NCBI RefSeq assembly: GCF_001194135.2
Contig: NC_068982.1
Span: 77,025,573 to 77,089,572 of the forward strand
Direction: 5' to 3'
Origin: Octopus bimaculoides
Lineage: Eukaryota
DNA length: 64,000 nucleotides
Each line of letters begins with the position of its first letter. Position 1 is the first letter of the stretch. The position numbers and the translations under genes are program-made. Under the pieces are notes generated by a model. That model saw only the letters and a list, made by a program, of their open reading frames with translations. It was not told the DNA's origin and did not search any database. This document shows, piece by piece, positions 14,581-24,540 of the stretch.

Positions 14581-16825
14581 CTAGCTGAGTGCCACACATG
14601 TTAGCAGGTTATTTGTCATCATCATTTGACATTGGTTTTCCATGCTGGAATGGGTTGAACAGTTCAACAGAAACTGGTGTGCCAGAGAAGTGCATGAACC
14701 TCCAACATCTGCTTTAGCATGGCTTCTACATTTAGATGTCCTTCCTAATAACAACCACTTTACAGAGTGCACTGAGTGTTTTTTTTACATGGCTTCTGCA
14801 CGTATGTGTGTGTGTGTGTGTGTATATATATATACGCACAAATACAAAAGCCAGTCAGCTGAAGGCAGTATGATGATGATGTCCTGAAGTGTCTAGATAG
14901 CTATCTATTTTGGGAGTAATTTGAGTTTGTTCATTTGAACTGTTCATCTGAGATTATTTGCCAAAATCTAAGTGGTGGCTATGGTAATTAAATAGGATTT
15001 GCTTAATAGTCAACACAAAAGTCTTTTGTTTGGTATTGATTTTTTTTTCCAGATTAATTAATTTTTGTTTACCTGTTGAGGCTAATATTAATTGGTTTTG
15101 GTCTTAAGGCACCTAAAGAATTAATTATTGAGAAACAAATATTCACATTGTTACCCTGCTTCCCCTTGCAAATTTAGTGTCTTGACCAACCTGGGAAATT
15201 TCATTCCAGCTATAGCTGAAAGAGTTACTATATTTTTTTTTTCTCCACACTCCAAGCTCTGGTCTACAAGCATTTTCTCTCTCTCTCTCCTGCTCCTACT
15301 CTAATGGGTTCTATGCTAATCATTACGGCAGTACTTCCTTCTCACAATGTTAGCCCTCTAGAATTCTATCCCTGCTTATATTTCTCTGCCAGCATTGACT
15401 TGCCAAGGTTCAAGGGGAACATCAATCCTTTAGTTAATATATTTCTGTTAAAAACATTCCCTTTGTTTCAATTAATTCAGAATTAATAAAGTAAGATTGT
15501 GTTTAAAGCATAAATTGCCATGAAATTTTAATGGAAATTTAAACTTTAAACGGGATATTTGTATCATAGAACAAGAGGCAGAATTAGGCAAGTTGAAAAG
15601 GATTAATTGCATTAAATGTCACCAGTCTGGGTGCACAACCCCTTCCTCCATATGCAGGAAGTCAAAAAAAAAAATTGAATCCTCAGGAAATCTGGTTTGG
15701 ACATTGAAGCCTTTCCCAATGTCTTGAAGTATATCAACAAGAAATTAGAATATAGTCTGATATTTATCTTTTATTTTATGCTTGTTTCAGTCATTGGACT
15801 GCAACCCTGATAGGTTGTCACCTTGAAGGGTTTAGTTGAACAAATTGACCCCAGTCACTTTTGCAAAACCCCTAAGTTATGAAGATGTAAACAAACTAAC
15901 ATCAGTTGTCAAGCAGTGGTGGGAGATGCACATGTACGTGATGAGCTTCTTTGTTTTCTTCTACCAAATCCTCACATCCTTTTGAGTAAAAGACACTTGC
16001 CCATGGTACCACACATTGGGATTGAACCTAGAACCATATAGTTGGGAAGCAAACTTCTTACCACACATCCACACCTGTCCCTAATTTGCACAAAAATGGA
16101 AATATATCTTTATAGTTGTTTTGCTTCTTTGTGTATCCATTAGATGCCAATATAGGCAAGGGTGTGGCTGTATGGTAAGAAGTTTACTTCCCAACCTTAT
16201 TGTTTTTGAATTCAGTCCCACTGCATGGTACCTTGAACAAGTGTCTTCTACTATAGCCCCAAACTAACAAAATCCTTGTGAGCATATTTGCTAGATGGAA
16301 ACTGAAATGAGCCTTGTGTGTGTGTGTGTGTGCGTGTGTGTGTGTGCATGTGCTCTTACATGGATGTTTGTATGAGCTGGTGTCTCTTTGTTTTAACATC
16401 ATCTGGTTTTTATAAATGAGTGTCACTGGCATAAAAGTGGTATCCTTAGTTTTGAAACATCTGTTAAAACCTGACCAACCATGGAAAAAATATTACTTTA
16501 CTTGGAAACAGGTGGGGAGGTTGGTGACAGGAAGGATATCCAGCTGTAGAAAATCTGCCTCAAGAAATTCCATGCAAGTAGAGAAAAGTAAATGTTAAAG
16601 CTATGATGATGCATCCATTGGAAGCAATTTTATTGAGTTTCCAGCCAATAATATCATAAATTAGAACTGTGAGTCACATACATCAGTTAATTGTTCAAGG
16701 AAGGAGATAAGAGAACACTAAATAATTATTAGAGAAAGAGACAACACTTGAGTAGAGTTAGGAATTAATTATATTTGGGTTTAAACAGCATGTCATGAAA
16801 CCTATACGGTATTAGCTGTGCAACT

Positions 16826-16881
<56 letters not shown>

Positions 16882-17127
16882 NNNNNNNNNNNNNNNNNNN
16901 NNNNNNNNNNNNNNNNNNNNNNNNNNNNNNNNNNNNNNNNNNNNNNNNNNNNNNNNNNNNNNNNNNNNNNNNNNNNNNNNNNNNNNNNNNNNNNNNNNNN
17001 NNNNNNNNNNNNNNNNNNNNNNNCTTTAAAGTTAATAAAAGTCATGTCTAATGGGATTTTTTTTTTTTTAGTTTGGGAGGCAACTAATTTTACCCCCTCC
17101 TTCTGCATTAAACTCCACAGTCTAGAG

Positions 17128-18645
17128 CAGTGGTTCTTAACCTTTTTACTACCACACCTCCCCTAGGAATTTGTCCTTCTCTCCACGACCCCCTTGCATC
17201 AAGGAATAAAATTCTCTCCTAGATTTTAAATAAAATCTAAAATATGTTTTTAGTCGTTTTATTGAATATGAAATTAGTTACATTATACAAAATTTGTATT
17301 ATTTTATTTATAATCACATCATACAAAAAGTGAGATACTTGACACTACCTCTTAGTTACAAGATCTTGGATGCTAGAGAGTGTACCACATAAGTACCTTT
17401 CAATGTTCAACCTGTTTCTGTACTTGGTCTTGACAACAACAAGCATGGAATATGCAGCTTCACAAAGGTACTTGGATCCAAACATAGCTAAAATCCAAAG
17501 AGCCTGATGTCAGATCAGAGGGTAAGCAGGAAGGTACTTGATCCAGTTCTTTGAGGTCATCTTTAGCTGGGGAGTTGAACTTCAACTCAAGAAAACGTCC
17601 AAAGCATCAGTTACTTCACACTGAAATGGGTTCCTCATAAATTTCCAAGTTTCATGCTTTTCATCTATATCTGGGAAGTATCTGATGAATTCTGTTTTCA
17701 AGTCACTTAGATGAGTGATTATTTGTAACTCAGAATTAAAGTTACCATGAATGAGAGCAGAATCCAAGTAACTAAAACTGGCTGAATTTGACATTTCAAG
17801 AGATGTAATGTCAAGGCCCAAGTTAGAATGCTTGAAGTAAAATGTTCTGAAAAAATTAAAACAAAAAAAAATTTGGAATAAAAAGTTAAATTAAAAGAAA
17901 AGTTATACAAAAAATTTGTACTATAAAATATTGTATTTATTTGTACAAAAATATAAAAAAGATTTTGCATAGCTTTTAGTTTTACCTGGTACTTTCTGTA
18001 ATATATAAATCTGAATTTTAGTTTAACATTTGATATTTAAAAAATTGGTTTTATTGTTAAAACTTTTATTTTTCCAATCTGTGCTTTAATTTTTTGAGAC
18101 TTTATTAAATTGAGCGATAGTAGAACCTATTACATACTTGTTTTATTTCCTATTTTTAAATATATCATACTTTTCATTGTGCTAAAATTTTAAAATTAAG
18201 TTAATATTTCTTAGTATGTTACTATAATGATTTGATAATGTTTTGGTATGTCTCTTGATTTTTAAGAATCACATTATTTCATGTTTTTGAAAACTGTGGA
18301 TCAAACTTGTTACTGAAAAAGACATGTGTCTTTACACTATAATATCTAAGCTTTATATCAGTGGTTCTTAACCTGAGTCATGTAACAAACAAAAATTACA
18401 AAATAAAGGCAAATGTTAAAGCTACAATTCAGTATTAGTGAGGGTTTTGAGGGTTATGGAGTGGGGTCAGTAGGTACAGAAAATGGTAAGCAGCAGTAAG
18501 ATAGAATAAGAAAACTAAAAATATAAGGCAATACTTTTGCATTTTTTTTCATAAACTTTTCATTATTTGACCATGCTCTCATTAAGAGAATAACATAATT
18601 AGAAAAATTACTGACGCTCCCCACTTCCCCAATAAAGAACCACTG
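17128..18645 (-). mobile_element. Internally deleted hAT (Charlie/Buster-like) DNA transposon
   Basis: Left TIR CAGTGGTTCTTAACC at 17128; right TIR ...AAGAACCACTG ends at 18645. 8-bp TSD GTCTAGAG (17120-17127, the NTCTAGAN Charlie target) and GTCTCTAG (18646-18653, 6/8). Minus strand about 17340-17821 encodes a hAT C-terminal/dimerisation-region relic (HLSDLKTEFIRYFPD...WKFMRNPF). A second CAGTGGTTCTTAACC at 18359 suggests a nested MITE. Confidence 0.88.
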
Positions 18646-19458
18646 GTCTCTAGTCATGAAATGGCCTATAACTTGATACAGTTTAGCAATCATCATTACT
18701 CTTTTAACATCCACTTTGTCGTGTTTGCATGAGCCAAGTAAAATTCATAGAGGCAGATAGATTTTCTACTGTCAAATGCTCTTCTTGTCACCTACTTGAA
18801 CACAAGGTGATATTTTCCCCAGTCATTCAAACACGAATAGCACAATGGCCAGACGTTTACAGGGATGTTTACCAACAGATGTTGCTATTTGTATGATGAT
18901 GGCTAGTACACAATATTAGGACAAGGACACACACACACATGTACATTCATACATATATGGTAGGCTTCTTTCAATTTCCTTCTGCCAAATTCACTTACAA
19001 GGCTTTGGCTAGCCCCGAACTGTAATGGCACCCAAGGTGCTGCACTGTGAGACTGAACTTGAAACCATGTAATTGCAAAGTAAACCTAACTACATAGCCA
19101 TACCTATATCTAGCCTTGCCTGGAATAGAAATTTTGAAATATTCTGCTTGAAATTACAAATTGATAAAGCTGAGAGGTGGTACCCCCTTAAGTGGGAAGG
19201 AATGCACACTGGAAAACAATGTCAATATCTATTCTTTTACTTGTTTCAGTCATTAGACTGTAGCCATGCTAAGGCACTGCCTTGAAGAATTTTAGTCAAA
19301 TGAATCGACCCAGTACTTTTATTCTTTTTTCTTTTCAAGCCTGGTACTTGTTTTATCAACCTATTTTTGCCAAACCACTAAGTTATGAGGGCACAAACAT
19401 AACACCAGTTGTCAAATGTAGGGAACAAACACACACAATACACATGCATGTGTGTGTG

Positions 19459-19490
<32 letters not shown>

Positions 19491-19574
19491 CACAATAAGC
19501 GTTTAGTTTTTGTCTACAAAATCCACACAAGGTTTTCATCAGCCCAAGGCTACAGTAGAAGATGCTTGTCCATT

Positions 19575-19782
19575 TTAATAAAAGCCATGTCTAATTTGGC
19601 AATTTTTTTTAGTTTAGAAGACAACTAATTTTACCCCCTCCTTTTGCATGAAACTTCAGTCTAGAGTCATAAAATGGCCTATAACTTGATACAGTTTACA
19701 AAATTAGCAACCATCATTCAACACTCTTTTAACATCCACTTTGTTGTGCTTGCATGGGCCAGGTAAAATAATAGAAGCAGAT
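19575..19782 (+). repeat. Local duplicate of 17032-17127 joined to 18654-18770 (pre-insertion allele)
   Basis: Matches both flanks of the hAT insertion, joined through a single GTCTAGAG (19659-19666). Ends at an assembly gap. Confidence 0.85.
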
Positions 19783-20329
19783 NNNNNNNNNNNNNNNNNN
19801 NNNNNNNNNNNNNNNNNNNNNNNNNNNNNNNNNNNNNNNNNNNNNNNNNNNNNNNNNNNNNNNNNNNNNNNNNNNNNNNNNNNNNNNNNNNNNNNNNNNN
19901 NNNNNNNNNNNNNNNNNNNNNNNNNNNNNNNNNNNNNNNNNNNNNNNNNNNNNNNNNNNNNNNNNNNNNNNNNNNNNNNNNNNNNNNNNNNNNNNNNNNN
20001 NNNNNNNNNNNNNNNNNNNNNNNNNNNNNNNNNNNNNNNNNNNNNNNNNNNNNNNNNNNNNNNNNNNNNNNNNNNNNNNNNNNNNNNNNNNNNNNNNNNN
20101 NNNNNNNNNNNNNNNNNNNNNNNNNNNNNNNNNNNNNNNNNNNNNNNNNNNNNNNATAAAACAGGATTCTTTCAGTTTCTGTCTACCAAATCTTCTCACA
20201 AGGCTTTGGTCGGCCCAAGGCTATAATAGAAGACACTTGCCCAAGGTGCCACGCAGTGAGAATGAACCCGGAAACATGTGGTTGGTAAGCAAGCTACTTA
20301 CCACACAGCCACTCCTGTGCCTATATCAT

Positions 20330-20765
20330 CATCATCATCATCATCATCATTGTTTGACGTCCACTTTCCATGCTAGCATGGGTTGGACAATTTGACTGAG
20401 GACTGGCAAACCAGATGGCTGCACCAGGCTCCAATCTGATCTGGCAGAGTTTCTACAGCTGGATGCCCTTCCTAATGCCAACCACTCCATGAGTGTAGTG
20501 GGTGCTTTTATGTGCCACCAGCACAAGGGCCAGTCACACAGTACTAGCAACAGCCACGCTCAAAATGGTGTTTTTTATGTGCCACCTGCACTGGAGCCAG
20601 TCCAGCGGCACTGGCAACGACCTTGCTCGAATGTTTTTTATGTGCCAGTAAGGCGATGCTGGTCATGATCACGCTCAAATGGTGCTATTTACATGCCACT
20701 GGCACAGAAGCCAGACAGCTGCTCTGGCAATGATCACGCTCGAATGGTGCTGTTAGCACTCCACT
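20330..20765 (-). mobile_element. SINE family B with (ATG)n tail and tandemly repeated 5' part
   Basis: (cat)n, then ccactttccatgctagcatgggttggac..ctacagctggatgcccttcctaatgccaaccac. Other copies: + 58470-58665, 59733-59940; - 14620-14790, 33660-33755, 39585-39720, 47170-47275, 62615-62760. Confidence 0.85.
20495..20765. repeat. Imperfect about 65-70-bp tandem repeat (about 4 units)
   Basis: Recurring tttt(t)atgtgccac..gca..gccagtc..ctggcaa..acgctc(g/a)aatggtg. Confidence 0.7.
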
Positions 20766-22074
20766 ATATATATATGTATATATATATATATTTCTTTTGA
20801 TAGTTTGAATTATTTCTTATTCTCTTTTTGTTTTTTGTTTTTATCTTGTAAAAATGGTGCATTCCAAAATTCTGAGGCTGCTGTGAAAGAAGCTCAAAGA
20901 CTTTTATTTATGTTAATGTTAGATCCTAACTGTATAAAGATAGGTGTTCATCAAAAAAAAAAAGAAAAAACTTATATTTGAATCATGGGGAACACAGGTT
21001 TAAGTAACTGCTGGAGAAAACTCAACCTGACTAAGATTTATTGTATGTGCAACATCAATTCCAAAAATACAAAGTGAATGTAATTGATCTGAAAAACTGA
21101 CTGGTTAACAGGCTCATTGATTAGCGTATGATTATGTGATTGATGAGAATTTGTACTGGATGAAGAAATAGATTACATACAGACGAGAGGACAAAGATAG
21201 ATAGATGGATGATATCTAATGGTAAATCTTTACAGATGAAGGGACACAAGGCAGTGATGGACAGGGAAATACATTTATGCAAACCTGACAACACCAAACA
21301 AACTAGGTGGAGTGACAAATAGTAATTTTGTTAACACTTGATTATGTGAAGTACACTGGTTTAAGCTGGATATTCATGAAGTAGAGATATTTGTATTGTG
21401 AGTTGACCAAATAGCATTAAAAAGTTATTCATATTTTGATTGTGAGCCTTCATCCCTAATATATTCAATCAAAATCACCAAACTGGAAACGGTTTTGTTA
21501 TCATGTTTCTGGTAAAATACACTGCCTTTGTTTCAATTGATTTTGAAAATAATGAAAAATTTATCGAAATAATTTGGGAGTAAATCAAACATGAAATTTT
21601 AGTGGATATATTTAATTTGCATCAGAGAACTCAAAACAGAAAATTTGTATCCTAGAACTAGGAGCAGTGTCAGATGGGTTGATACCAATAAGTTTGACAT
21701 TCATTTTTATATACTTTGGGGACTTTTCAAGTTTAGTAAATAACAACAGACTGAGAAATGGGTTTCTAGAAACTTTCTTCACTAATCTCAGCATAATTCT
21801 AATCACACATTAACAATAACTTTTTTAGCTATATTTTATCAATTAGATATCATCCGTTTTATTCCCATGCTGGAACTGGTTTATCTTATGGCAGTACTCT
21901 TACTGGATACTCTTCCTGTCTGTTTCCTGTCCATGTCTGATTTTCAAAGCAAGGTATTTTTATTCTGCTGGTTTTTACACATCAAAACTGCAGTGAAGGA
22001 AGCTCAACTGTCAATACTGGAAAACAAAGTAGATCTATAAGATGAAATGCATTTATGCTAAAAGAATTTTTTTC

Positions 22075-22435
22075 TATTCTTTTGTTTGTCATTTGACTGC
22101 GGCCATGCTGGAGTACCACCTTTAGTCAAGCAAATTAACTCCAGGACTTATTCTTTGTACTTAATCTATCGGTCACTTTTGCCGAACCGCTAAGTTACAG
22201 GGACTTAAATACACCAGCATCAGTTGTCAAGCGATGTTGGGTGGACAAACACATACATACATATGTATATATATCGGATTCTTTCAGTTTCCATCTACAA
22301 AATCTACTCACAAGGCTTTGGTCGGCCCGAGGCTATGGTAGAAGACACTTGCCCAAGGTGCCACGCAGTGGAACTGAACCCAAAACCATGTGGTAGGTAA
22401 GCAAGCTACTTACCACACAGCCACTTCTGCACCTT
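22075..22435 (-). mobile_element. Family A SINE, full-length with tail type 1
   Basis: Reverse complement of head, core, (TG)n and the tail gtccc..taacttagcggttcggcaaaag..gactgaaacaag. Confidence 0.88.
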
Positions 22436-22489
22436 TATGTGCATTTATAAAGCAATGAAAAATTACTAAGTACTGTCAATAAATTTATT

Positions 22490-22523
<34 letters not shown>

Positions 22524-22732
22524 TACATTTTTTATACAATTCATATTCTTACTAAACACTATCATTATCCTATCTACATTTGTGTAGTGAAAAATTGAGC
22601 CCATCTCATATAACATGCAGTTATATAATCAAATATTGTTACATACAAAATGATGTAAAGCAAAGCAAGTTGTTATATAGATATTTAATAGCAATATAAT
22701 TTTAATATTACTTATGTTAAAGCAATGGCCAA

Positions 22733-23440
22733 ACCTACACAATTGTGCCCCACCAACTTTGTTTCTTCATAACCTTCAGAAAAATGAATATTTTTTTATG
22801 AAATTTTCTACAGAAGCACTTCATATGGTGTAGAGTCTGATTACATCAGAATTTGTTGTGAAAAAATGTTTTCAGGTGTTGGGGTTGAGCAGAAAATTCA
22901 CCCAAGTTGATTTTGCTTCCTGATAACTTTCAGGAAAATGAGTATTTTTAGATGAAATTTTCTACAAATACCTTTTAAAGTGTGTAATTCACAATTATAT
23001 TGCAATTTGATAAAAGAAAAATGGTGAGCAAGCACATATATATATGGACATGCATCTCAATATTTTTTGAAATTTCAAGTTTCATTTTGTAGATATGTGA
23101 TGTGTATCAGGTATGTATGTGTGCTAGCCCACCATTTTTTCTTTTTCTTTTTTTCTGTTTTTCATATTAGATTCTGATATAATCATAATCTGCACACTGA
23201 AAAGCATTTGTAGAACATTTCACAAAAAACATATCCATTTTTCTGAAAGTTATGCAGTAACAAAAAGTGGCTTGTGTAAATTTTCCAAAACTCTTCCCCA
23301 CAAATGGAAATTTTTCACAAATTCCTGTATAATCAGAATCTACACCATCTAACGCATATTTTGTAGAAAATGTCATTAAAAAGTATCCATTTTTCTGGAA
23401 TTTGTGAAGAAAGTTGGTTGGGGTGGGCACATATATAGGT
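22733..23440. mobile_element. Foldback-type element with long modular TIRs
   Basis: About 270-bp arms (22733-23010 and 23165-23440) are degenerate reverse complements. Each arm contains two copies of a subunit beginning ataac(t/c)ttcagaaaaatgg/aatattttt..tgaaattttctaca. Possible 8-bp TSD ATGGCCAA / ATGTCTAA (6/8). Confidence 0.75.
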
Positions 23441-24013
23441 ATGTCTAATAATGAAATACTAATTCTTAGTAGAACACTGACAAAGCATGCAGTAGTTGAG
23501 AATATAAAAATTAAAGCAAGCAGCCAGAAGATGAAGTATTGCAAAGCAGTTGTTAACAAAACATGCGTTTAATATTAAAAGAAAAAAGAATAAAGAATAT
23601 TAACTGAAGAAAAGAGCATGAAACCTAAGCTGTAATAGTTGTAGAGATATTCCAAAACACAATGTTTGCAAAGTAGAAATTCAAACAACAGGTTACTTGT
23701 GTTTGCACATAAACTGTAATCCAGTAATGAATACTTGCTCCAGCTGGGTCCAGAGGTTACTATGTGCCATTGTACAAGTATTACCAAAAGTCTATAATAA
23801 ACGTTTTTTTTTTTTTTTTTTTTTTTTTTTTTCTTGTTTTAATCATTAGATTGTGGCCATGTTGGGACACCACCTTGAAGAATTTTTAATTGAATGAATT
23901 GGTCCCAGTACTTTTTTTCCAAGCCTGGTATTAATTCTGTCAATCTTTGAACTACTAAGTTACAGACATAATAAACAAACCAACACCAGTTGTCAAGCAG
24001 TGGTGGGGGACAA

Positions 24014-24053
<40 letters not shown>

Positions 24054-24058
24054 ACATA

Positions 24059-24540
24059 TAATTGTTAAAGAGGACAACAAACATTAAGGCAAGACAAACA
24101 TCTCAAGTCACATGTTATTATTGAAAAAATACAGTTTTACAGCTGTTTCTAGGATATCCCAGAGTATGGCATCGGAGACAAATAGGGAAAATGAGAAGGG
24201 TATAGATTAATGAAATGACAACATAGAGGGCAAGAGAAAAGGAATGAGGAAATGAAGAACGAGAAGAGAGAAGCATAAAAGTTCTGTTCAACTTTCCAAT
24301 TGTGTAATCCATAAATCCTTAGGTGTAATCCTGTGTAAATCCATGAACTGTGAACTTTTGTTTCTCTCCTCTTTCTTCATCTTATTTCTTTTCTCCTGCC
24401 CTCTGTCGTCATTTCATTAATCTATACCCTTCTCATTTTTCCTATTTGTTTCTGATGACGGAATATCCCAGAAACAGCTGTAATACTCTGTATTTTTCCA
24501 ATAATAACATATATGACTCGAGTGTCCTCTTTAACAATTA
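24059..24540. mobile_element. Inverted pair of Penelope-pLTR/retrozyme-like repeats (foldback, about 190-225-bp arms) carrying hammerhead motifs
   Basis: Arm 24059-24284 is the reverse complement of arm 24352-24540 (shared blocks taattgttaaagaggaca, tacagctgtttct, gagaagggtatagattaatgaaatgac), with a 67-nt spacer. Each arm contains a CTGATGA..GAAAC AGCT GTA motif or its relic. Confidence 0.7.
24448..24486 (+). ncRNA. Minimal type I hammerhead ribozyme motif
   Basis: GTTT-CTGATGA-CGGAATATCCCA-GAAAC-AGCT-GTA|ATAC. Complete CUGAUGA and GAAA core, short stem II, 2-bp stem III with palindromic AGCU loop, GUA cleavage triplet (site after 24482), stem I 3/4 paired. Confidence 0.65.

Noticed and set aside
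16818-17108. Long ORFs through N-runs and microsatellites (also 19729-20226, 51896-52318, 59279-59809)
   Set aside because: Artefacts of X residues and SL/ER/YI dinucleotide repeats.
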